Assembly: GCA_030390025.1 (NCBI GenBank)
Contig: CM059432.1
Coordinates: forward strand, 113,276,001 to 113,340,000
Direction: 5' to 3'
Source of the DNA: Squalus acanthias
Taxonomy: Eukaryota
Length of the DNA stretch: 64,000 bases
The notes below the pieces were generated by a model. It had not been told where the DNA came from and searched no databases. It saw only the letters and a program-made list of their open reading frames with translations. The position numbers and the translations under genes were made by a program. Positions 36,869 through 49,462 of this stretch are shown piece by piece. Positions within the stretch are counted from its first letter, which is position 1; each line of letters opens with the position of its first letter.

Positions 36869-37633
36869 GGGCCAGAAATTCGGCTCTCCGGCTTCCCGCG
36901 GGTGCAAGGATCGCACGCGTCCTTACCTACTGTGCCTGCCGTTGTGCTTCGGGCCCGCGTCGACTTCGGCTCCTGGGCCTCCTGCAGCTGCCGGCGTGCA
37001 GTGCTTGCGTATCCCAGGGGCGCAGTTAGTTCGAAGCGTCCCCTGGGATCACGTGGACCATGGAGAGCCAATTGGAGCAGGGAATCTCCATTTATAGATT
37101 TTGACAGGAAGACCTGTCAAATCTATGAATAGAGATCGGCCCCAAAACCTCACTTAAACTTCAAAAAAAAAATTTTTTTAAATCACATTTTTAAAATAAC
37201 TATAAAACACATAAATTAACTACTTTAAACAAAAATTTTAATTTTTGAAAAAATTAATTACACTTTTTAACGGTGTTAAAAATAAACTTACCTTTCTTTA
37301 AAATATGTAAAAAAGATAAACCTGTTGAAAAAATGTTTAAATTCTACTTAATTCACCACTTACCTTGTTGAAAAAAGGCCTTGCGCCTCATTTTTTCCTG
37401 CGTAGCTTCTCCGTACTTACCCTCACGGAGAAACCTGAAAAAAAAAACGAAGTTCGCTGCGTGCGCGCTGCCTCTCCGGCGCACGCGGTTGACCCTCGAA
37501 CCCCTTCTTTCACGAGACCGGAAGTTCCGGTTTCCCATGCATGCACAGTGCATGCGCGAAACCGGCACTTTCGGTGGCCCTACGGGTGAGTACACAGTGC
37601 GTACTCACCCGTGGAGACCCGAATTTCTGCCCC
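36869..37633. mobile_element. Harbinger MITE
   Basis: 15-bp TIR GGGCCAGAAATTCGG / CCGAATTTCTGCCCC; TSD ATT; GC-rich ends and AT-rich centre. Confidence 0.88.
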
Positions 37634-40570
37634 ATTATGGTCACTATTAGCTTACCATTAGATTGTTGACTAATTCAGGCTCATTACTCATTACTGAATC
37701 TAAGATGGCCTGTTCTCTTGTTGGTTCAAGAACATATTGTTCCAGAAAACTGTCTCGAATACACTCAAAAAATTCGCTGCCTTTGGAACTCGAGATGTTT
37801 GCTTCTCCCAGTCTAATTGAAAATTGAAGTCTCCCGTTATATCCACTTTGCTTTTGCAACAAGCTTCTTTGATCTCCATATTTATGCATCCACGACTTTA
37901 TCACTGCTATCAGGAAGTCTGTCGACTCTCCCACCAAAGTCTTGCATTTTTTCTATTCCTCAATTTTACCCAAAGTGTTTCTACTCCCTGCTCACCCTGA
38001 TTGATATTCCCTCTTTCTAATGCTCTAATAATGTTGTTTATCAGTATTGCTACTTCTCCTCCTTTTCCAATTTCCCTGTCCTTTCTAAAGACCTTATAAC
38101 CTAGAATATTAATCTCCCAGTCCTGCCCAGCTTGTAGCCATGTCTCAGTGATGGCCACTACGTCATACCTATCAAGGTGAATTTGTGCTTCTAATTCACT
38201 TGTTTTACTCCTTACGTGACGTGCATGTGTGTATAGAACTCTGATCTGGGCAACAGACCCTACCCTGCCCCTTTGCCCTGATGCTGCTTTTCTCACACTT
38301 TTTAACTTATCAGACTTCTTGTTTCTCATCACTTGTGTTGTATTTTTATCTGTTATTTTATTATTATGCTTTTCTGAACCTGAAGTATTTACATTACCTT
38401 TAATACTATTAGTGATCTGGACATCGCTCTCATCCCTTTTCCTTATCTGTAGGCTATTGTCACTTTGGTTTTTATCTCTGCCTGAGCCCTCCGCCCCCCA
38501 CCCCCTATTTATTGGTTTAATATCCTTTCTATAGCCCTATTTATCCTTTCAGCTAGGACCCTGGTCCCAGCCCGGTTCAGGTGCAGCCCATCCCAATGGT
38601 ACAGCTGAAGAGATAATTACTAGTCCTAGCCCCTTTAGGGCTACCCCGGATCAGGCGTATTCCCCAGACGTTCACTTTCAACTAAAGTTTGAGGTAGCCG
38701 AATCCTAAAGACGCTTAATTGGGTCTAAAGGTCCAGACTATCTCTCCCTAAAGGAAAGGAACAACCTGAAGATGTTACTGTCCTCCAGATAGCACTTTTA
38801 ATAAGTTTAGCTAGACTGTAATGTTCCGGATATTATGAGGGTCCGGATAACTCCCTCAGAATTCTGCAACTCCTCACCAAAGAGCATACAGAGATTGAGT
38901 TTGCGAGTTTGATACAGAAGTATTATGTGAGACAATTCTAAAAATATATAGATTTATTAAAGAACTGACATGTAATTTACAGTTGGTGTTTCAATTGCAA
39001 CATTAACAGTTCCAAAAACAGAAAGCTTACAATTCTATTATCAGAGATCCTTATTTTCAAATCTTAACTTCGTTACATTTTTACAGTTCTAAGTCTTATT
39101 CCAGGATATCCACCAAAATCAAATACAGTACAATGCCTTGATCCCTGAGGTACAAAGAGTTGTAGACGTACAGAGCTTGACTCTGAAGCCGAGAATCGCT
39201 TTGCCCCTTTACAGCGAGACTATCATCCCATTTGAAAGTTCAATATTTATATCCTTTCTCAGTGGTATTTTCCTTTGAAGTTTTCTGCTGATGTAAGCTA
39301 ATTATCTCTAGTCATTTTTCTGCTGACCCCTGCTATTCTTACAGTCAGTTCAGCTGGTAGCATTAAGAATCGTGTCTCTACCTTTAGGTGTTCGAAGCTT
39401 ATCATAAAAACGGTGTGACAGCAGATGCATCTATTTGATGTCATTCTTACCAAGGTCTTTGGTTTGTGTCTTTTTACGATGTATAAATTAAAAACACCTC
39501 AACCGGGTGCACCATTGTCTTCTTAGTTACCTCAGCTGGTTGCAACACAGAATCGTGTCTCCTGTGTTTCATTTGATGTAATTTTTATGAAGGCATATGT
39601 TTCTTAATTTTCTGTGTTTCTTTCCGAAGTGTAATTTAGGACACCTTAATAAGGTGTACCATTGTGTTATTTCCAAAGCTTCAGACTTCAGGAGCTTCCA
39701 ACCTCCTGTTTCAATAAGGTTATTGATTCAGTGTCAACAACTTATCTTATCTCAATAGCCTGAATGCTGTTTACAGCTTCTCCATTGTTAGGTTTTTAGA
39801 TTTTCAAGCCCAGTTTGTCATGTTACAAAGGCCAGAATTCTTTCATAGAATGGTGTATTTTTCTGAATATGGCTTATTCCTTCACACAGCTTCTTTCTGT
39901 CCCAATACTGGTGCCAGTGTCCAATGAAATGGAACCCCTCTTTCCCACACCACTCCTTCAGCCATGTGTTTACATTCTTAACCTGTTTGTCCCTGTGCCA
40001 ATTTGCACATGACTCGGGTAATAATCCCAAGATTATAACCCTCGATGTCCTGTCTTTTAATTTAGTTTCTGACTCCTGATATTCCCTCAGCAGGACCTCC
40101 TTCATGTTTTTTCTAGGTTCCTTTCCAGCCACCTCAAGATATCCCTTACCCTGGCACCAGGTAGGCAACAAACACTTCGGGACTCTCATTCATGACTGCA
40201 GAGGATGCTATCTATCCCTCTAATTATTGAATCCCCTATAACTACCATGTTTCTATTCTGCGCCTCCATCTTTTGACTGTCTTTTGCTCCACGGTGCCTT
40301 GGTCAGCATTGTGGCCATCCTTCCTTATCCTTTCTCCTTATTCTCACAAGTAGCAAGTACCCCGTACCTGTTGGATAGAACCAATGTCTGCGGGACCTCC
40401 TACTCTACCTCCCCTAGATTCCTTCTACCCTGCTGACTGACAGTCACAGTCTCCCTTTCCTGCACCTGTACGTTTCACTGAGGTGTGACGGTACTCTGGA
40501 GAAAACTGTCCAGATATTCCTCCCTCTCTAGATGTGTCGGAGTGTCTCTAACTCGCATTCCAGCTCAATG
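37634..40570 (-). mobile_element. Old CR1 5' portion (ORF1 and endonuclease), split by a solo LTR
   Basis: VAITETW..GYKVFRKDR (37910-38332); ORF1 IILGLLP..NTWLKEWC (39890-40190); colinear across the LTR. Confidence 0.8.
38606..39886 (-). mobile_element. Solo LTR (~1.28 kb)
   Basis: TGAAG...CTTCA(CA) termini; flanking duplication CAGC (or TACAGC/CACAGC); minus-strand AATAAA at ~38955 and TATAAA at ~39247; diverged internal ~180-bp duplication. Confidence 0.8.
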
Positions 40571-40709
40571 ACCTGTTGCAGTTATCCTTAAATGTCCTGA
40601 TATGTATCCCAGTCCTCACTTTTTAAAGAAGCACTGCCTTTGTGAAAATATTTGGCAAATTGTTTTGTTATTTTTTCCACCAACTTTGTCGCCTCCCTTC
40701 CTTCTCTCC

Positions 40710-40826
40710 TGACATTACAACAGTGACTACACTACATAAAGTACTTCATTGGCTGTAAAGCATTTTGAGACGTCCGGTGGTCATGAAAGGCGCTATATAA
40801 ATGCAAGTTTTTCTTTCTTTTTCTTT
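40710..40826 (+). mobile_element. DeuSINE 3' tail
   Basis: ACATTACAACAGTGACTACAC..AAGGCGCTATATAAATGCAAG, matching the reverse of 55570-55670. Confidence 0.75.
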
Positions 40827-42582
40827 GACTCACTGCTGGGGAATGGTTCAGCAGGTGATAGTCGCCCACCAATGTCTCTCTCAAGTGGCCATAGTCATCC
40901 TTGAGCTAAGACAGTGAGTTATTCAATTATGGGGGTAGTATCACAGCCAAGTCCAATCTTATTCTCACCGGACATGTACGCGTGCGCAGTTCCAACAGGG
41001 GTCACTGGATGTAGATCATGTGTTTTTTTTCACCCTAGCCTATGAGTATTGAAGCCAATCATAATGCTCCTACCACGTTGTAACCTGAGATCAGCTACCT
41101 TAGTGCAGACTGAGCAAGGAGGAAGTTGCACTTGGGATTTTCCTGGGCCTGTTTGGCTCACTTCCATAATCCAGCTGAGCCATTGGAAAACCAGGCAATT
41201 TTGTTTCTGAAGAGGGTAGGAGAGAATCCAGAGGAGTTGTATACCAATAGCATCACGTTGATACATGCATGAGTGACATGACAATGCATTTCAACCTGAT
41301 TTATGTCATCATCTTGTACTTGTAGGTAATTGCAAAAAGTTTGCCAAGGATGTTTTTATGAAGAAACTATCCGTTTAAAATAATTCTTCTTCAGCTTTAG
41401 GTTATTTTTGACTTCCTCATTCAGTCACTGTGGTTTTGATAATCCTCCAAGAGATATAAGGGGAAATGGGATGAGCTGGTCACGCAGGTCATAAAATCTT
41501 GCGAGTTGGCCATCTACTTTGTGAACGGATCCCACAGCCCAATTTTTGTGGCTGACCAGCGCTGCGACTGTTGGAGGCTTTTACTCTTAGCTAACAAAAG
41601 GCTCCAAAAGTTTGTTTGTGAAAGGAAGCATTCTAGTCCCAAAAACTTAGTCCTGATGGAAGGTCCTCTGAGGCTGTTGAATTTTTCTTTCTTAAGGCTG
41701 CGTCGTGTTGGTTTGGGATTGTTTCTCAGATAATTATGTTTTTACATTTTGAATTCCTTTCCTTTGCATTTTTTTACATCTTGTACTTTTTGGCATTTGT
41801 TTACTCTTTTGTTTTTGACTTTTTTTTTACAATTTTAGTTTTCTGATTTTGTTTTTTTTTCACATTGTACATAGAATTTATAGCACAGAAACAGGCCATT
41901 CGGCCCAACGGGTCTATGCCGGTGTTTATCCTCCACACGAGCCTCCTTCCACCCCGCTTTATCAAACCCTATCAGCATAACCTCTTATTCCCTTCTCCCT
42001 CATGTACTTGTCCAGCTTCCCCTTAAATGCATTTTTGCTACTCACCTCAACCACTCCCTGTGGAAGCGAGTTCCACATTCTAACCACTCTCTGGGTAAAG
42101 AAGTTTCTCCTGAATTGCTTATTAGATTTATTAGTGACTATCTTATATTTATGGCCCCTAGTTCTGACCTCGCCCACAAGTGGAAACATCTTCTCAACGT
42201 TTAACTTATCAAATCCATTCATAAACTTAAAGACCTCTAACAGGTCACCCCTCAGCCTTCTCTTTTCTAGAGAAACATGCCACAGCATAAGTATAACTTC
42301 TCAGTTCTGGTATGATCCCTGTGAATCTTTTTTGCACTTTCTCTCGTGCCTCTATATCCTTTCTATACTATAGAGACCAGTACTGTGCACAAGTATGGTC
42401 TAACCAAGGTTCTATACAAGTTTAACATCACTTCTCTGCTTTTCATATCTATCCTTCTGGAAATGAACTCTAGTGCTTTATTTGCATCTTTTATGGCTGT
42501 AGTGACCTGTGTTGCTACACTTAATGATTTGTGTGTCTGTACCCTGAGATCCCTTTGCTCCTGTCCCCCATTTAGACTTTTA

Positions 42583-45500
42583 GGGGGTGAAATTGGATAA
42601 ATCCTAAAAATGGACGCGGGGAGTGTGAAGCACAAGGTGCCCGTGCTCGTTTAAGTGGTCCAGGCAGCACGCAAAATTGTTGCTGCCTGCTCATTATAAT
42701 GATTGGAGCTATGATCTCAGCGTTAAATGTGCTGCTGATTGCCTTAGCGCTCAATGGGGGGGGGGCAATATTGGGTGCAGTCTAATGGCCAATAAAATTT
42801 GGCCTAGGCTCTCGGCACTCCTTTGTTGCAGCAGCACCTCATTGTCAGTGTGGATAAAGTCATGGCCCAACAGGGAAGAAAGAGGGCGATGAGATTTTCT
42901 GATGAGGCACTGGGGGCCTTGGTCCTGGGGGTTCACAGATGATGTGAGGTCCTCTACCCACAGGGGGCAAGAGGGCTTCCAGGCAGCACGCCAGAAGGCT
43001 ATGGGAGGAAATAGCGCAAGCTGTCAGTGTCAGAAGTGTTGTCCCAAGGCCTTGATCCAGTGCTGCAAGAAGCTGATGAACTCACATGAGTGTTCAATGT
43101 TAGTGAATGCATCTTCAAATGCTATAGCCCACCAACTGCACCACTAGCCTCACACACTGCTCAATGCACCTCACCCCCAGCACTCACCTACCAACAATCT
43201 CTATCAATCATGACTCATACCTCACAATCATAGCTTCACCTCACCTTCACACACTTAGCACTGCTGCAAGACTCACACCCACATCTCACACCTTGCACAC
43301 ACTGCCAGCTATTCAACCATGGCAGGCACATCACCCAAACACATTGCACCACACTCACTGACACACATCACCCAGACACATTGCACCACACTCACTGACA
43401 CACTTCTCTTTCTCTTGCAGGCAAAGGTGGTTCATAACCGCCGACGGGTGAAGTGGAAACCTGACTTCACAACCTCACGGAGCTGGAGGACACAGTGCTG
43501 GAGATAATTGGAGGGGCCATCACTGAGGCCGTGGCAAGCAGCGAAGTAAAATCATTGCTGATCTTACATCTCACATCCCACTTCCCCCTCATCCCACAAT
43601 CTCTTCTCACTTACAAGCTGCTGATGGTGTCAGCATGCACATCTTGCTTTCTCCCCCTCCCCTCACCACAACCTGACCCTTGTGCCTTTCTCCTTTCAGA
43701 TACTCAAGAAGTCCCGACAGCACAGCCTGTCCCTGAAGTCATGAAGGAGGAGAGTGAAGGAGAAGAAGAGGCACTGTCTCCCAATCTGACACTCCCAGAC
43801 ACCAGCTCAGAGGTGGGATCTGCACGTGGTGAGTCACTGGGCATGAGTGGGCTGCAGCTAGGCCAGAGGGAAAGGGTAGCTAGGGTGCTAGCTACCCAGA
43901 GGGCGAATCCTCTCTCAGGATGACAGCATTCCTACTCACCACTGCCACTCTGCCAGTGCCCTTGCTGCTGCCTGTCATCCAGCCAGCCCTGACTGCTGCC
44001 ACCCATGGCGAGGTGGTGCCATCTACAGAGGGTCCTTCTAGGCCCAGAGCTGCTTGAGGTCATCCTGCAAGGCCATCTGCAGTCTCCCCCACTGAAAGTC
44101 AGCAGCCTTCCACCAGCCATGCTGCAACCACTGGGGTAGCACTGCGTAGGAGCGCTAGAGTAGGCAAAAGAACACGCAAGACAGACACTAAGGGAATGCA
44201 CAAGGGTGATTAGTTGACACTGTTGTGTAGTATTGTAATTGATAAATTTATAAATTATGTTTGGAATGTTTGTTTTGTGGTGTGTCTCATTTCAGCATTG
44301 TGCCCCGGAGGATGCTGTGATATTCCGTGACAGAGGGATGGTGAGGTGGGAAAGAGGTGAGCAATGGGGATCTGGGGTTTCATGCATTGGAACCATAGTC
44401 TGATGAGGTGCTCACAGACAGTCCATCTGGAACGGGGATCTGCTGCCTCCTCCCTTCCTCCTCCTCCTCCACCTCTTCCTCCTGAGGTGGTCCTGGAACC
44501 CATGGTGGCAAGGGCTGCGCCCTCATGATAGCCAAGTTGTGGAGGATACAGCGGACCACCACAAACTGGAACACCCGCTCTGGCATGAACTGGAGGGCTC
44601 CTCATGAGCGTTCAAGGCAGCGGAACCGTTGCTTGAGCACCTCGATGCTCTGCTTGATGACGTTCCTCGTGGCAGCGTGGCTGTCATTATATGAGTGATG
44701 GTCACGAGTGGAGGGGAGTCATCAGCCAGATGTAGAGCGGATAGCCTTTGTCTCCGAGCAGCCACCCTCGGGTTTGATGTGGTGGCTGGAAGATTCCTGG
44801 CACACTGGACTGGTGTTGGATGAAGGCATCATGACTGCTGCCTTTGCGGTTGCGGCATATCTCAGGATTGATATGCAATGCCCGCAAAGTCATGTGTGTG
44901 CAATCGATGGCACCGTACACCATGGGGAAGCCCAATATCCTGGCAAAGCCACATGCGTGCTCCTCCTGCTTCTCTCTGTTCAGAGAGAAGACAATGAAGT
45001 CCCTTCTCCTGGATAGAGAGCCTCTGTGACCTTCCGGATGCAGTGAGGGACGGTGAACTGGGGGATGTTCGCTATGTCTCCTGCTCCAGACTGGAAGGAT
45101 CTAGTGGTGAGAAAATTGAGGGCCACAGTGACCTTGAGGGCCACTTGGAGAGCCGTCGTTGCTCTGCTCTGAGGCTGCAGGTCTGGTTCCAGGTGGTGGC
45201 AGAGTTCTGTGATCACCTGCTTGGGGAAGCGAAGCCACCGAATACACTGCTCCTGGCTTGAATGCAGGTAGGAAAAGTGCTCCCTGAAGACCCTAGGTGG
45301 GTAAGGCCTCCTGCTGAGAGCTCTCCTGCCCCTCTTCCTCCTCCCTTTGTGAGCAGCTTGTCCTCTTCTTCGTTGCTTCTGTTCCATCTCCCTGTCATGA
45401 TCCAGCTCGAGGGGGACTGCAAGTAGAGCCCCCATGACTGGGAGCAAGTGGTGTGCGCAGAACCTTTGAAATCAGAAGCAAGGCATTCTCCACTTCCAGC

Positions 45501-47624
45501 AACACTCTCTGTCACCTCAGCAACTTTAAATACCTGTAGGAAGCTCCAAACAGTTGCTCAAACTTACACAGAGCCAGTCGAAATCAAAAAGCAAGTTGGC
45601 TGCAAGTTGTTGCTGATCCATTTAAATAGCGCTGATGGAGGATGATTCCTGCTGCTGACTGCATGTACAGCTGTTCATCATTTGGAGATGTAGGGGGTGG
45701 TGGTTTGTGTCAGCTTTACCTCTGACTTCTGAGCGGTTCAAATCGCTCCCACTCCTTTGGTTCTAGACCTTGGACTTATTTGGGGGTTGTGATACAAAAG
45801 GTGCAGCAGACAACTGAGTTTGATGAAAGAACTTCAATCTTTATTAAAAGGTAAGACACAAATAATAACACTCTTATCACTCTAAAGGTGGGGAACACTT
45901 CAGTACAAACGAGGGAAATGACAGTAGAACAATACTTCACCCCTCCCAACCCCACTTTACTAGCTAAGTTAGGTTTTGAAGGACCAGGGATAATGCTCAC
46001 CAATCCTTTGACAGTTGGGCTAAATCGCGGTTTTGGGATTCACTGTTTATGGCGGTTAGTGTCTGCCGTACCCCGTACGTGGTAGAGGACTTCACCTGGG
46101 TCTCTGGTCAGTCTTCGTGAGTCCGCTGATGCGGTAGGATGTCGTTATGGATTTATCTGGTGAGTACCCAATTTCTTTAGTTTAGCAGTAGGGCTTAGAG
46201 TCTTTGGGGAAAATCTTACCCAGGGGTAAGTCAGGAGTAGTTTGTAGTGTGGAAACTTTGCGGTTCTTCGGGTTTTCTTCCCTGGAGTTGGTCTTTGTTG
46301 GTCGCGGTGGCCTGCTATTACCCAGTCAGTTGGGGGTAATGCGCGGTTGTTGGTTTCGTGAGGCCTTTGATTTCCGCGATGGCTTTAGGCCTTGTTTTGT
46401 GTGTCGGTCGACCTTGTGGAGCCGTCGGTGACTTGTTGCTGCTTGTTGCTCCGGGTGACTGTGTTGGGGCCGTTGTTGGAGGTCCGTCGAGGTGGTGTCT
46501 TCACGAGCTGGACTCAGGTGTGTCTGAGTGGTGAGCGATGCCGACTCGCTTCCAGCTCGGGCCTTCTTCTTCTTGGTCTCTTCTCCTTCTGATGACCACC
46601 GGTTGCGACTGACTGCTTGACCCAACGACCTTGAACTGTGGTGTCTCCCTCGTGTGTGCTTGGTGGGCCTTCAATTATACAGAATTGAAGTGGCCTTATC
46701 TACCCGTCAAATCTACTCGGTTCATTGTCTAGTTTTGGCGGGTTCGTAAATCGGTAACGACTTACTAGCACATTAACTGGGGTTTTAACAGGCCTTCAAT
46801 CTCACCCATTGAACATGGCCTTATCTACTCGCCAAATCTGCTCAGTTCATTGTCTGAATTTGGCGGGCCTGTTACCAGTAACTGCTCTGTAAGTGTCAAA
46901 TGGGTTTTGGGATGGTTTGCATCCTGTCGATCTCCTTGGCTGATCACTGGTGATTGGTTTCGTGTTTTGGGTTTCTAGGCTGGACTCAGTCTTTTCTACA
47001 GCCTAGTCCTGGGTGATTTGTATTATGCAAGTTTCCTGATGGGCCCTGTAATCGGTTTGATGGGGCCTGTTGTTTTGGGTGGGACTGTCTTCTCCTAGGG
47101 TCTATTTCAAAATGTTAATGCTTGCTGGGGCTTTGAGTGAGGTCATCCCGGTTCCCCAGACATTGCAATTAACTGCAATACCCAAAACTGCTTTTACAGA
47201 GGTTGAACCCAGCTCTTGTTCCTTTACAGGCCCAGACATAGTTTTAAAATGTCAAAACTTGGTTTTTGGTCTTACAGTCTCTTAGGTTAGGCTCAAATAC
47301 TATATTATCACTCTGAGGTAGTTCCAAAGTCCTTTTTTCTTAGGTTTTGGGGATCTGTAAATTTTGGAAACCTTACAGAGAGGGTGTTGAATGGAGCAAC
47401 GACGTCCAAAATGGCAGGTTGTGCGTCAAATCAATGTTGCATACTCATTGAGGTCACGATTATTACTATTTCTACAGCAAGCACGAGCAACGGCAGCGCT
47501 GCCAACCTGCCCAAAATGGCGGCCGCCACTGGACCTGGCAGAAGTGAGCTGGAGCCAGGCGGCTGCCTTTTTTTTACTGAAACCAGCCTTAACAGCCAGT
47601 GCTAAGGGGTCAAATTTCACGGCC
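42583..47624 (+). mobile_element. Full-length degenerate Harbinger (Myb +, nuclease -) with both ends
   Basis: TIR GGGGGTGAAATTG / AAATTTCACGGCC; TSD TTA (42580-42582 / 47625-47627); Myb exons ~42861-44211 with an internal deletion; nuclease ~45435-44380 (GAIDCTH, GDKGYPL, CILHN). Confidence 0.9.
45689..47377 (-). mobile_element. Solo LTR (1689 bp)
   Basis: TGTAGG...CCTTACA termini; 4-bp TSD GAGA; minus-strand AATAAA at ~45840; internal direct repeat at ~46667-46743 / ~46791-46868. Confidence 0.88.
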
Positions 47625-47834
47625 TTACTATCTAAGGAGTATGCGGCCTCCTTATTCTTCCTACCAAAATGCACCACCTCACACTTATCTATATTGAAGT
47701 TAATTTGCCAATAACACGGCCGTTCTGCAAGTTTATTAAAGTCTTTTTGCATTTTGTCACAGTCTTCCTCAGTATTAACTATAACCCCAATTTAAATCAT
47801 CTGCAAATTTTGAAATTGTACTTCTGATCTACCA

Positions 47835-48385
47835 CCTTAAACATCCACTCCCTCCACCACCGGCGTACCGTGGCTGCAGTGTGTACCATCTACAAGATGC
47901 ACTGCAGCAACTCGCCAAGGCTTCTCCAGCAGCACCTCCCAAACCCACGACCTCTTCCACCTAGAAGGACAAGGGCAGCAGGCGCATGGGAACACCATCA
48001 CACACCATCCTGACTTGGAAATATATTGCTGTTCATTCATCGTCGGTGCTTCAAAGTCCTGGAATTCCCTCCCTTACAGCATTATGGAAGCAATGTTCCC
48101 TGTAAGCTGTACGGACGTGTGGCCACACAGCGCTCCAGCTCACACAGCAGCCGGCTTTTAAATAGAAAAATTGCGCATGCGCTGTATTTTGAATGAGCTG
48201 CGGAACTGCTTAAACGGGCCATGTGGTCTGAAAAAAAATTATAGGGAACATTGTACCTTCACTATACGGACTGCAGCAGTTCAAGAATGCGGTTCACCAC
48301 CATCTTCTCAAGGGCAATTAGGGATGGGCAATAAATGCTGGCCTTGCCAGTGCTGCCCACATCCCATGAATGAATAAGAAAAGAA
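47835..48385 (+). mobile_element. Second LINE family 3' fragment
   Basis: Same 3' end as 27015-27420 and 57090-57500. Confidence 0.8.
48091..48253. mobile_element. hAT-type MITE (same family as 31147)
   Basis: CAATGTTCCCT...AGGGAACATTG; TSD not preserved. Confidence 0.7.
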
Positions 48386-48930
48386 ATTCCTGCATCCAAA
48401 TCGTTTATGTATATAAAGAACAACAGTGTCCCAGCACCGATCCTTGTGGATTACCACTTCCCACCATTATCCAGTCTGAGTAACTACTTTTAACCCCTAC
48501 TCTCTGTTTACTGTTTTTAAGCCAGGTTGCTATCCATGCTGCTACTTGTCCCCTGACTCCACATGCTCTGACCTTAGTAATGAGTCTACTATGTGGTACC
48601 TTATCAAAGGACTTTTGAAAATCCAAATATATTACATCTACTACATTACCCTTGTTTACTCTTTCTGTTACTTCTTCAAAGAATTCAAGAAGGTTGGTCA
48701 AGCATGACATTCCATTTTGAAATCCATGCTGACTGTTCTTCACTATATTTTGGTTTCTAGATGTTTTTCTATTGAGTACATCTTTGAGTACAGATTCCAT
48801 TATTGAGTGCAGTGGGCACAGAGTGAACAACTTGGGAGTTTGGTAAGTGTGGGAGTTCGGTGAAGTGGGGGAAGGAGGTGCTGCTTTGCCTTGCTTTTCC
48901 TAACTTCTCCTGCAGAGCGGCGGCGGACCT

Positions 48931-49177
48931 GAGCGGGAGCAGACCGAGGCCCGAGAGCGGGAGCAGACCGAGGCCCGAGAGCGGGAGCAGACCGAGGCCC
49001 GAGAGCGGGAGCAGACCGAGGCCCGAGAGCGGGAGCAGACCGAGGCCCGAGAGCGGGAGCAGACCGAGGCCCGAGAGCGGGAGCAGACCGAGGCCCGAGA
49101 GCGGGAGCAGACCGAGGCCCGAGAGCGGGAGCAGACCGAGGCCCGAGAGCGGGAGCAGACCGAGGCCCGAGAGCGGG
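48931..49177. repeat. Perfect tandem repeat, 10 x 24 bp
   Basis: GAGCGGGAGCAGACCGAGGCCCGA x10 plus 7 bp. Confidence 0.95.
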
Positions 49178-49462
49178 GATAAAAGCAGCAGCAGACCTGC
49201 AACAACAAGAGAAAACTGCAGTGTGATGTCACAGGTAAGGCAGGTAAGTGATTGGTAGTGACTGTGGTCTAAGTTTTAAGTTAACATATAGCATATAACT
49301 AAATTATAAAAACTAAAGTTAATTTAATTAATTTAATAAACTAAACGAGGTGGTGAACCTATGGAATTCTCTACCACAGAAGGCTGTGGAGGCCAAGTCA
49401 CTGAATATATTTAAGAAGGAGATAGATAGATTTCTAGACACAAAAGGCATCAAGCGGTATGG

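Larger units (their letters stand above)
41868..48800 (-). mobile_element. CR1 LINE hosting a Harbinger and a second LINE
   Basis: CR1 segments 41868-42582, 47625-47830 and 48385-48800 are colinear in ORF2; the element continues at 51236. Confidence 0.8.

Noticed and set aside
48860..49258. (ESGSRPRP)n protein
   Set aside because: Translation artefact of a 24-bp tandem repeat.
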